Positions 20,948 to 32,552 of a stretch of 33,000 nucleotides of DNA are shown piece after piece; the stretch's first letter is position 1, and every line of letters begins with the position of its first letter. The DNA is from Botryllus schlosseri (taxonomy: Eukaryota): positions 14,043,001-14,076,000 of the forward strand of contig CM119385.1 in assembly GCA_051294905.1 (NCBI GenBank). The letters run 5' to 3'. The notes under the pieces were generated by a model. It was given only the letters and a program-made list of their open reading frames with translations. It was not told the DNA's origin and did not search any database. Made by a program: the position numbers and the translations under genes.

Positions 20948-22967
20948 TCATATCTGGTGTAACATGTTTACCACAATCATGGTGACATACATAGCTACAG
21001 TTCTGCTCAATCTTTCTACCAACCAAATCGGAAAAATCAAAGAATGTAGAGTCACTTAACGCGTTAGCACCGAGCTCTTCCGCCATGAAATATCGGTTCA
21101 AGGTTGCTTTGAGCCCTGTATTGCTAAGCTAACCTCTATAGGCCGATACGGATCGCGTTCAGAATAGCGATTGCCAAAGCAGAAACAGAACAAGATATTA
21201 TATTGTTTTATTCATAGTTCGCTTGGGATAAAAATATACCATTGATTATATAATAACCAAGCGTCGTTATGGAGCGCGTGCCTTGCCGAAAATCAAATTT
21301 ATGGTACGACATTTGACCGCCGATGTACCGTCGATGCAATCAGAATGAGGTTTCTGCTGAATATAGTATCTTAATTGTCTTTTAAGCAGAATGTTGTATA
21401 TGCGTGTAATGATGAGCGTATAGTACTTATTCCATCTAGCAATATTGCAATTAATCAATAAAGCGAGTATCTTCAACTTCAATCATGATATGTACTTGGT
21501 AACGCAAATCTTTATGTTCTCTTTTATTTCAAGTTTCAGGTAGTCATCAGGGGTGGTTCAAAGCCCATTCAGCCCAGTGCTAATTAATTGTTTTTACGTA
21601 CAAATCGTTATGATCCCAACCAAATGGGACCGTTGTGTTGTTTGTCGTACGCATGACCCGTGCGGTCTCTCTAATCTAAATAATTCCGTATCGAGGCTCA
21701 TGGAAATTTTAATGAAAGTGAATTTAAATTGCTATGATGACTTTTGCATGTGACACATGCACCTTGAATGTAGTTTAATAATGTGGATATCAATATAACG
21801 AATAAACACAACTTGAAATACGCCACGCAACTTATAATTTATTCATTTGCGACGTCATAGAATGAAAGCATTATTTTGTAACATCTAAACATGTGATTAT
21901 ACCAAGAAAGGCAAATTATGACTTGCGATTTTTCAACACACCGCTAATGTTTCATTAGGAAGTGAGCAGGGGACTGAGCGGTAAATAATATTAATAATGA
22001 AGTCATTTCCTATTTCAACTGTAATGCCATTATCCCTTTCTTGGCGTATGATCCAAAAAGGACCAGGAACGACATGTGGATATGTCGCCATTTGAGAAGT
22101 GTATAATTCTACAATATGAACATTGTAAATTCGTATACGCGGTTGCTATAGATATGTGTTTAATGATATATACTTTTTCATCACTGCAATTAAATACCTT
22201 CACTGTCGTGTGTGTATACTGTACGGACTACCCAATAAAACGGTAATCATACACCTCTGAAAACATTACTTTTGGATTGCTTCAAATAACATTGATCGAG
22301 AACCGTATTTGTAAGCCGAACAGTTGTGACATTTTGTGCGATTGGATCGCATGCATATATGGAAACGAGTGTTCGTCTAATATATACTCTGCAATTTATT
22401 GCCACAGATCCTGTGTGAAGCCATGTAGAATGCTTACCGTCTTCTATCTTACGAGTGCTTGTGCATTGCCTTGTTATCAATCTTCGGCCGGAAACGTTTG
22501 AGAGACAAATATGCCGCATATGTTTGATCCGTGCGATCTGGCTATTTCCCTTGTCATTGCTATCTCTGTCACGGTGTAGTCTCAACACAACAGTTGTTTT
22601 AACAAATACAAATCATTTTATCGCAGTGGCTTCTATTGTTACTCCGTGTATCGGCACTAACGAGAAGCATTCGAAAATATAATCGCTCAGCGTACATTAA
22701 CTGTGAGTTGTACTAAACTGTAATCTTTTGCAAATATTTGTTCATGATTACAGTCGCTGTAGTCGATTTATTGCAGTTTGCATAAGGAACGGTATCTCAT
22801 CGTTAAGCTGTCACTAGTTTCTGCGTGCAATTTGATTTATTATATCCTACAGTTGGCGCGTTGATTTGGTTCTCTCAATAAAAATTCCTGAAACCGATTA
22901 TGAATCGTCGGTCATTATCAAAACTATATAGGAAAAGTTACTTTACTCATCTTAGAACCGTATACAT

Positions 22968-23045
22968 CAGGGGTCGGGAATCTTTTTCGTCAGAAGAGTC
23001 ATATTGGTCCAATATTTCTAATTGCAATTTCCAAAGAGCCATACG
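22968..23045 (+). mobile_element. Solo end of a hAT/Charlie-like MITE (fragment)
   Basis: CAGGGGTCGGGAATCTTTTT..AGAGTCA..GAGCCATA resembles the CAGGGGTCGGGAACC termini typical of Charlie-type hAT elements; no matching opposite end found. Confidence 0.45.
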
Positions 23046-24562
23046 ACGATGGCAAACAACTGTAGCGCCACAATTAAATATTCGTGACTTCGTGGGAGCA
23101 CGATATCGAAGTTCACTACATAGGATTCGTCATTTGATGTTATTACACGCGCAACCGCACTTATCAAGCCGTATCAAGACATTTTAGCATGCAATAACTT
23201 ATAGCTTAGATATGGGTCGGGAACCGTTTGCAAGCTACATATTGTTATTTGCATTTCCTTGAGAGCGATATGATATTCTTCTAAACTAATTTGAATTTAT
23301 AATTGGGGAAGTCACTTCCAAGGAAGTTCATTTATTGCCGATGATCATGAAGACAATGCGGATTTCAAAACTGCATTGTCTCTCCCATCAATTAACACAT
23401 CGCGCAATCCAAAATTTCTAAGCGTGCGATAAAATGGGGACAGCGAATTTTCGTGTGGCTTGCCACCGCGACAGGAACTTTGTTTTGCAGGATATTCAAA
23501 CTTCGTATCGAACTCGACGGATTCAATTTTCTCATGTAGACCCTACTCACCGCATTTAAATCGAATTGAATCTTCCCTTTTTGATTGGTGATGTACGAGC
23601 TTACATCCTAACACATAGCCGTTCATCAATATACGAGCCCCATTGCAGTGACTTTAATTCATTTGGCGATGTAAAAGTACCGATGCTTGGTCGAATTTTC
23701 GCTGGAATTGAAATTTATTGCAGGAAATTGTGTCCGATTTCCTGTAAAATTATTACTTCATGATGAATGCTTTTGCAATTGTATCCTGCCTTTGATAAAC
23801 TCTCGGGCTCGTCGGGCGAAGGTATAGCGAGTGCAAAGTCGATACAAAAAGTTCGCGCATTATTTATTTTTACATGGGCGATTAATCTGTCGAGCTTAAT
23901 AACATCAAAACAATTCGTGCGCTATATCTTTGAGCTGCAAGCACTACGAATCACTCCAAAAGTGGAATGGACGATAGGCGCTATTACCCTCATAAAATGG
24001 TAGATTATTCATCCTTGACGTCACAGTAAAGGCACGACGCCATGACCATGTTGAAGTTTGTTGCATTCACGAAATCACGTTCCGACTTCGTTCGTTCCAC
24101 TGATAATTCGATAACGGCACGAAGCAAATTCAATTTTGCTTTAATTAACATGACATAACCCGGAATGACAAGTAAATAGATGTTCAACCGACATGTGTCA
24201 GCATTGTTGACGTGGATTGAACAGATAACAATGCTTTTCTGTGGCCGCGAGCGCAATTCAATGAGATTTCGATTGAAAATACTGGACAAATATACTAATA
24301 TAGTTCATAAGATCGATAACGCCACTAAAACCACCGCATTACACGCAACGAAAAATGTATTAGTTTTACCTAATTAATTTAAGGTATCTCAGGAAAACTT
24401 GAAAACACTATTACAGACTGTCTGATCAGACAGACATCATATATAATTGTTCACAGAGAAGCGTATGATTATCTAAATTCCAATTCAGAAAGATGGCACC
24501 GTGCAAATTCACGCGTGCCGCAGTTGTAAACTGGACACCGTGTATACAAATAGATCAATATA

Positions 24563-24800
24563 CATAGTTGGTCAGTAATGAACTACTTCTACTTCTACTT
24601 TAATTGGGTTTGGACTACTTACACTACTTTTAGACTACTTCAATGCTTCTACTTAACAGTCTGTAACTTTTGTATTTTAACTAGGTCTTTCAGAATACTT
24701 ACATTTTTACTTACAGGGTAATCCCAACTTCTGCCTGTACTTGAGTAGATATTTACGACGTTACTTGCTATTGAGTACTAACGAAAACCGGCCACATCTG
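24563..24800. repeat. TACTT/CTACTT-rich degenerate repeat, probably an old hAT-type MITE
   Basis: More than 10 TACTT units on one strand; ends CATAGTTGGTC / CAGATGTGGCC (reverse complement; 7/11); flanks TCAATATA vs CCGGTATA (5/8). Confidence 0.4.
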
Positions 24801-25065
24801 CCGGTATAACCGGATTCAGTTGGAGACGCACATGGCAAATTTGGAGCTTTGCGGGCTTCTTTGTGATCATACGTTTCGCGAATATGGCAACAATGGTGGT
24901 GGCTAAATTTTATCATCGCAATGGAGTGGTGTCATGAATACATTAACAAAGTGTACCGTATTCTTTCGCCCGTTCCTACATTCATTCCGAAGACGCTCGT
25001 GAATGATACGTTCAAAAGTCGAAATACCTTTGCGACCAAATAAACTATGCTGCGGCAGCTAACGG

Positions 25066-25317
25066 TACAGTGCCCGTACTAATTATGGTGGACCATGGCC
25101 TACTAAAAACAGTAGGCCATGGGTGGACATATTTCTATATTTAAAAAAAGCGCGGAAGACGAAGAGTGTTTTTTTAATTGGAGGGTCGCAGAAAGAATGA
25201 TGCCGTACTGCTAAATTCAGAAATATCTGCAGTATAAGACCATCTTTTGCTTTGGTGATACGTGCGTGCTAAAAGGAATAAGGGCCGAAGCATTGCTTCG
25301 GATAAGGGACTGCTGTA
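25066..25317. repeat. TA-bounded ~250-bp unit with a hairpin near each end (possible Tc1/mariner-pogo-type MITE or two abutting TE ends)
   Basis: Begins TA-CAGTG, ends CTGCTG-TA; perfect 12-bp hairpin 25093-25122 and 8-bp palindrome 25285-25301; the two termini match each other poorly. Confidence 0.35.
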
Positions 25318-26611
25318 GTTCAAATCTAGCAATTTTATCTCCAACAGGTAATATAATAACGATCAAATCACCGCAAATAAACAGTAAAACTTCACACAGA
25401 CTGCAACAATTCTATTAAGGAATGTTTTATCTCGGGTCATATCACATTCAGAATACACCCAGAGATCGGAATTTAGCATTTATAACAACAACCGCAAAAC
25501 TTCACCGCATTCCAAGAGCGAATTTCACGACTTGTCAATGATTTCACCTTAATCTGTGACAAAGCAGCGATTGAAAACACATTGTTGATCTTTGATATTC
25601 AGCACTTTAGTTCAGTGTATTTCTATGTGGTTTATACATGTATTGTATATGTATTATGTTGTATGCATGTATTTATTTCGATTTCGTGGTTATAAAACAT
25701 GAAATATTTTTTTGATTCGCGATTTTCTATGCTGCTCTTAGCTTTTGTGCGAGCCTATAACTGCTTTATTTTTATGATAGAACGTGGTACACTCTTAGTG
25801 AAAAGTGTACGTATTTCCACCCGTGTACCATCCCTGATATACGGGCGTGAATATACTTCCAGCATGGCACGCGAAGCCAAAACCTACCACAGACTTATGT
25901 GTTCGTACTTCATGGGCAACATTATGTTTGTAGTCTCTCAGACTTTCTAGCTAGTGGATATTTCTAACTCTCTTAGTTGACGGAAAACGAACCCAAGACT
26001 TTCACGTGATTTACGAACGCAAACTACCCACAGGTTACAGCCTTAACTATGCGTAATACACAGTTGATAGTTATGGGGAATCAACGCTTATTCCGAAACA
26101 CTAATTCCCAACCCAATATGCATATTTTGCGATAGTGAGAACGCTCTGTTTACGTTCGTGTGCGGTATGCGAACCTTAATAATTCAGAGGGCAGCATTCG
26201 CAAAACAATATTACTTGTTTCTGTGAATGTTTTTGAGAAATATCATAATTTGTGATCAAAATTCCGCGAGTTTCAACTTTCTTTCAATTGGTGCATCACG
26301 GGGACAGCATGAAATTTAAACAGACAAACCTTGTATATCGTCGATACTCTACTATTCCGCGCAATATCATGCGATTTCGTTTGAAAATGAAAAATTAGCT
26401 CGATTCCACCCCTGCTTCATAAAACGGTCCAGAGAACAAGTTCAAGAGTGTACATGTACATTGTACAGGTATATCTTCCGCGCAGTGAGTTACGTCAGAT
26501 GAAACCGCAATGGCTACTTCTATATCCAGGGGTGCAAAATCATTCCTGGGCACCTAAGATTTAGATTTTCCGAGCATACCACGATATTGGGTGTGGATTA
26601 GGTATTGGGTT

Positions 26612-26660
26612 CAATGTTCCCTCTAAGCTGGGCGCACAGAAAAATGTGTGCCGCGCACAA
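26612..26660 (+). mobile_element. Solo hAT-like terminus CAATGTTCCCTCTAAGCTG
   Basis: Resembles the CA(G/A)TGTTCCCTCT ends of hAT MITEs (from recall); the reverse-complement end was not found in the window. Confidence 0.3.
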
Positions 26661-27292
26661 AAAAATCCACCTGTTGTTCGAAAACAATTATCACTATATC
26701 TTTCTCAGAAGGCACCGATGATCATCAGACCAAATTGACGACCATTTCAGATGTACAAATGTACAATTGTACATCACTAATTTGTAATCAGTAATTCGTA
26801 ATCACTAATCACCATCTCTTTTTGTTGAAAATGTATTAAAATGCGATAAAAAATGGAATCCGTCGCAGCGAGCGTCATAGTTTCGCACAATTTGGGGAAA
26901 TCGAGAGTTGAGTCAAAGTGATGACCCTTTATTTAGTCACCACCAGGTATTATCGTAAAAAAGTGGGTAATTCGAAGTCGAGTCGGGGCCTACGATATCG
27001 TAGGGCCCGTTGTGACAGATTTTAGTTATATATTACTCAATAAAAAATGGCCGTGTCAATGTCTCGCCGCGCTTAGTTTACGGACCGCTGATACTGGTTT
27101 CAGAGAATTTAATGTGTAACATGTCTAAACCGTGTTCTGATTCGAAACTGCAACACTAATTACGTTTCGCGACCGCTGTTTATTTTCGAATGTCCAAACT
27201 CGATACTATATACAAGCAGTACAATACAGAGTCGTCAGATAGCTGTACTTGGATAGTTATTTGATACTAATTTTGACTGAAATAGATAAATA

Positions 27293-27555
27293 CAGCGGTT
27301 CCCAAACTGACGTCCGTACAGTAGTTTAAAGGGCCCGCTGTTCGATTGTTTATGATTTTACTTCCATAATAGCAGCAAATCTAGAGCACCTCCCATTGAA
27401 CGTTTCCCGTATTTGATAGTTTTTGCCTTTTTATTCACTGGCGTGATTTTTGCATTTTTCGTACTGCATTGTTTGCTTTTTATAGGAGAGCGAAATATCA
27501 AAACAATTGCAAAGCGGTCACCAGACAAATTTTGATAAAAGTTCGGCAACCACTG
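27293..27555. mobile_element. Non-autonomous hAT/Charlie-type MITE, 263 bp
   Basis: TIRs CAGCGGTTCCCAAACT / CAGTGGTTGCCGAACT (reverse complement; 13/16); 8-bp flanks GATAAATA vs GATTAAAA (6/8). Confidence 0.7.
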
Positions 27556-28987
27556 GATTAAAAAAAATCTCCATTGAATATAACGGTCGCATTGCATATG
27601 GCGATTTTACGATAGGCCTTTCCACGGGACATATCACAACATCATATATAGTCTCTCTAGCTACGAAACCTTTTGAATGTTCACAGTTTGATCATTGTAT
27701 CAATTATTACACCTGTCATATCAACTGTGTGCTGTATAGTAGGGACCTGCGTAACATGCAGGCCTTGCCCTGCTATATGAGGACTGTCCTGATTGAAATT
27801 CTTAACTAAACATCATGTCAATTTGTTCCTGATACAGATCCTATGCTTTTTGCAATCAAATATAGTAACATCACGAATCATCCTCCATTTCCGCGAAAAG
27901 CTGCATAGATATCTTCTCCTTTTGTTTTCGAATATGGTTGTGGTCGAAAAACTGCGATATACAGACAACCACAAATTGAAAATTACTTATCGGATTCCAT
28001 TTATTATAATTAAGGACACAACCCGCACGACTTTGCTTGGATAATAATTTCAGTCGTACTTATACAATTTTATGACTTTTATTGGCTGCCTTCGGGAAAT
28101 AGTTCGAAGACGTTTGAGATGTTTCTAATCGATTGCATACTTTATTCTTTCCTTGAATGACAATGAATGAAGCACTTCGTGAAGATTATATCTTCTTAAA
28201 ACGTAGGGTAAATGTATGCTTTGCTACATGTGTTATCTGTCTAAGTGTTAGATCGACTGATATCATCATTCGATATGTGTCGGAAGCAATGCTGGTATAT
28301 TTTCACCATGTCATATTTACAGCCACGTCACGATAGTGATTTTCACAATACCTGCTTCTATACAAGAATTTTCATAAACTACGTTTAAAACATGATCCTG
28401 CAACAATTTCAAGGATAAAACATTCGAAGAGTATGAAATGTCATACCCCCTCGGCTGATCACTACCGATGCCCTCTATTATATCTTAGATTTTTCACTGA
28501 AAACTTGCCAATCGTTGTTGAGCAAAGCAAAGTGCATTCCATTGTCGCATCACTTTATCGCGAATGTTTCTCATAATTACGATCCTATCCGGATCATCAG
28601 TCTGAGGTGGAATTTATAACGAAACATTTGTTAAATCGCATATTTTATAGTGCTACATCTGATTGCTACGATTTTGAAGATGAAAGAATTCAAATAAATG
28701 GACACACATCAGTCATATTTACATAGCTCCGAGCATGTTGCATTGGAATGTATGAATTCGTGACCAAAATTCGGGTTCGTATTTGCATTGGGGAACATTT
28801 TAAAGATCGAATATCATATATATAGAAATGAAAAGAATATGCAAATCTAAGACGCTCCGTGAGATGAAGATAAAGTTTGTAAGCTACACATTCTCGCTGG
28901 TGGGAGCACCGTTTAAACTTTAAAGTAATGAAAGAGTATAGGGCAAATAAGTGTTACGACGATAATTAGAAGAAATGACTCATAACC

Positions 28988-29320
28988 ATGATGATGATTT
29001 TCGAGATCCTGATTAAGGAGGACAAATCCTCCTAAAGGAGGACATATATGGTAACCATATCGTATAGGAGCTACCTTACACTTAGTGTGTACTGTAGCCT
29101 GCATGTGGAAAGTGAATGGGCGGCGTAATAGTGGGGCTGGGAGGGGTTTGGCGTGGTGTGGCCGTAAGCTTGAGCCGCGTGGTTTGAAATAGATATTGGA
29201 CGGTTCTGTCCGGATTTTGTGCAGCATGATTGTGGTACGTGCTTTTGGGTTTTGGTTGCTTGTTTGGTTTCCTGATATGTTGTTCTTAGCAACATTGGGT
29301 TTATTATAATTCACAACTTG
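28988..29320 (-). mobile_element. Probable 3' remnant of a non-LTR retrotransposon
   Basis: Minus strand strongly C/A-skewed; peptide KARTTIMLHKI loosely resembles LINE ORF2 C-terminal ARLxMxYKI; ends in a stem-loop (29016-29033) and an (ATC)3-4 tail. The tail could instead belong to a + strand element. Confidence 0.35.
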
Positions 29321-30647
29321 CGAATAATATGGGACTGTGATTACCCGTGCTGATGAAACTTGGCTGACTGTATAAAGTATAACCTTTACTAGCTTTGTAG
29401 CTTACTAATCACCTCTAAATATAGTGCTGTAATGCTCAGTAATACACAAACCGTATTTGTTATTGGGATGTATAAGCTATTTCCATGAATGCTACACTAA
29501 TCTAATCGCAGCAAATAAATTATCTTCATATTGTCTAGTTTATTCCACTCTAAGCTTTACAACTGACTTTCATCAGGAGAGGACGTCAGTAGCTGTGGTT
29601 AACCCAATTTGAGTAACGGAAATAATTCCGAATTTGATTAGCGTCATTTACGGCACGACGTTCGTTCGTGATGAGATGATTGTTGCAATATGAAGTTCTG
29701 CATCAGCTAATTTAAAACTTGATTTGAGTTTGGTACCATTTTGTTTCTGATTTTATGATAAGCTGGTTAAATGCTTTAACCACCATATACAAGCCTTAAT
29801 TTGTTGTTTAGTGCCCCATGAGTGCTCTGGCCATTCGTCACAATCGTTTCAAATATGCACACACTTCTACGTCATTATGACTCAATGGTTTGGGTCGATT
29901 TCGTTTTCGCAATTGAAAGTAAAGTATATTTGTTTGGTGACAAATTACCAAGTTATTATAAAACCAGCAAATATTTTTTGAGGAATAAATGAAATGGATT
30001 TTTGATCACATCTATTTTAAAATGGATACATCCCATTAACCCGAACATGCTCTTTCATTTGATAAAATCTCAATCTAACCTATAGATTGTACTGTATTCG
30101 ATAGGTGTCCTGATTTGCGGATGGACTTGAGAAAGGCTACCAGGTTAAATTGTTATCTTTTACCGGCTCTTGGTGCAGTATCAGATACGAATGTAGGGCT
30201 TGGGGATTTATTTTCCGGTTTACAATTAACAAATGATTTTCATAAATCATGGTATTTAATCGGATGCAACTTTCTCTATGACTACATACGGTGTTTTGAT
30301 GCGCATTTCAATACTGCATCAGTACTAATGTGAAATTATTTAGAGATAATCATTGAGATAACGAAACCTCGCCTACATTTCATCAAACAGTAAATGTCGA
30401 TTTATGATATTTTATTGAATTCCGTAATTTCTCCTTTGACTTAGGTATGTATCTGCTTACGATACTATCTCTATTTATTCTTAAAATTTTAATCCTCAAA
30501 AATAGAGAACATTTCGGCACGATCTCCATCGCCGTAAATGTATCTATTGACCTTGATATATATATTAGGCCTGCATTTCTGTTTAATTACTTTATCTATC
30601 TTACATCATTCCCTTATCACTCTAAGATACTCATTCGTCACAATAGT

Positions 30648-32311
30648 CATTTCAATGAATATTTTTGTAACGTAGGCCCAAATATTGCTTCTTCTATTAC
30701 AAAACCTGTGTCGGCCAGGTCAGAGGTGAGATCGATATCCCAGTCAATTGTGCTTGAACCTACGACCAAATACGAAGTAGAAGTAGCCATCCACAAACTG
30801 AAATCGCACAAGGCCGACGGCTATGACCAAATCCCATCATGGTTTTTAAAAATGATAAGCCTGCATATCGGTCAATACATGGCCCATTTTTTCAACTTCA
30901 TGATAGAAAATGGAGTCTACCCAAGCTATCTAAAAAAAGCCAGAGTAGTCCCTGTACACAAAGCTGGGGATAGAACTAATGTCACCAATTACCGTCCGAT
31001 ATCCGTTCTCCCATGCATCGGGATTGTATTCGAAAAGTTGCTCCTCTCCCGCCTGTCCTCATTTCTCGCCAAAATGTCTGTCATTTCCCCTCAACAATTT
31101 GGCTTCCGAAACAAACACCAAACCGCTCATGCCCTCCTAACAGTGGCCGAACAGTACTATGATATCTCAGAGAAGCGAAATGTGGGATGTAGCATTTTTC
31201 TCGACCTAAAAAAAGCGTTTGACTGCGTAGATCATAAAATTCTCATCTCGAAATTGGCGCGTTACGGACTTCGGGGCCCACAACTTGAGCTCGTGAAAAG
31301 TTACCTCACTGGACGCCAACAAATGGTTGCGATCTCAGACACCTTGTCCTCTCCTCACCCGGTGACCTGTGGTGTGCCCCAGGGCTCAGTACTTGGACCG
31401 GTCCTTTTCACCTCATATGTCAACGACATTTTTGAAACCTCCTCATTGAACACCACACAGTTCGCTGATGATACTCACCTCCTCTCTTCCGCATCTTCGA
31501 CGGCAGAGCTGGATGCCCTGACTGGTGACCAAATGCCCAAAGTCCATGAGTGGACGGCCCAGAACAACCTTTGCATAAACGCCTCGAAATCGCAATTGCT
31601 GACAGTTAATTCAAAAAATACCGTAACCGTTAATATCGCTGGTCAGCCCGTTTCCAACACAGATAATGCCAAATATCTCGGAGTTTTACTGGACTCGAAC
31701 ATGTCCTGGAAGAGTCATATTCAGTCCCTAGAAACTAAATTATCACCGGAGTGCGGCCTGTTCTACAGCCTTGGGCGCTTCATGCCAGCATGGGTTCTTC
31801 TGATACTCTTTAAATCCTTAATCCAATCGAAGTTACATTATGGCATCCTCTGTTGAGGGGCTGCCAGTAAAACTGCACTCAAGCCACTGCAGAAACTACA
31901 GCATAAAGTGCTCCGAATCATAGCTAGGGCCCCAAAGGGGCCTGGCTGCCCATCCAATAAGTCGCTGCTGAAGAGATTCGGCGTCCTAAACATAGAAGAT
32001 ATGCGGAAACTAGAAATCGCCAAGTTTATGTATCAGTTTCACTGCGGTCGTTGCCCCGAATATTTCAATGACTTCTTTACCTCTGAATCAAAAGCGCACA
32101 AGTACAACATACACGCGCGTCCACGTCGTCCAAATATCATATGATCGACCGAAAAGATCATCGCTCCATCAAATTTGCCGGACCTGATGTGTGGAACAGT
32201 ATCCCGCCGGCCATCCGACAGTCGACGAGCATGTCCACATTCAAGTCGAAATACAAGCAATTACTACTAAATAAATACAGTCCATCCTCAAGATTATCGG
32301 ACCACGACTGA
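30648..32311 (+). pseudogene. Disrupted LINE ORF2 fragment (RNA-directed DNA polymerase)
   Basis: Frame open from HFNEYFCNVG to YGILC; TGA at 31854-31856 replaces the conserved Trp of YGILCWG; the same frame resumes; frameshift at ~32109 (restoring HKYN-TRAS...); natural stop TGA at 32309-32311. Confidence 0.9.
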
Positions 32312-32552
32312 CCTATCGATCTCGCTTCCCATGACATGCCGCCCTATTTCTTGTCGCATTCTTCTTCTATACTATCTTCTTTACTTTCATTCAGTGTGCA
32401 TGCCTCCTCTTTACATCGCCTAGGCCAAGGTGGGTGTCAGATTCCATAGACTACTCCCTGTCGCTTCGACATCTTCCTGTCTTTTCATTGTATCGCATTT
32501 TTGTGGTGTATTGAACTGATAAAATTGCTAATAAACCAATGATGATGATGAT
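30649..32552 (+). mobile_element. 5'-truncated non-LTR retrotransposon (LINE, L2/Crack/CR1 group), RT region + 3' UTR + (ATG)n tail
   Basis: RT motifs NYRPISVLP, QFGFR, LDLKKAFDCVDH, GVPQGSVLGP, QFADDT, YLGVLLD; C-terminal GPDVWNSIP..IR..S...FK. No endonuclease domain. AATAAA at 32530-32535 followed by ATGATGATGATGAT. Visibly higher GC than the flanks. Candidate TSD ATAGTC (30643-30648 / 32551-32556). Confidence 0.95.

Noticed and set aside
21533-21550. Minus-strand CTGATGA-N6-GAAAC hammerhead-like core
   Set aside because: Stem II cannot pair (C...T), and no stem I or III complement is present
22247-22682. Cys-rich overlapping ORFs including ICRICL (RING-like) and a GTAAGC...CACAG intron-like gap
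   Set aside because: Stops in every frame after the acceptor; cysteine spacing does not complete a RING
21548-26414. CAGGGGTGG ... CCACCCCTG as ends of a 4.9-kb hAT element
   Set aside because: Only 9 bp inverted identity, flanks share no TSD, and no transposase inside
28566-28600. Second minus-strand CTGATGA...GAAAC core with a possible stem III (CATTC/GAATG)
   Set aside because: Lacks the required U16.1 of the NUH triplet; stem II closure is wrong
31854-31856. In-frame TGA in the LINE ORF as selenocysteine or programmed read-through
   Set aside because: It replaces a conserved Trp (TGG->TGA) in a truncated, frameshifted copy; simple mutation explains it
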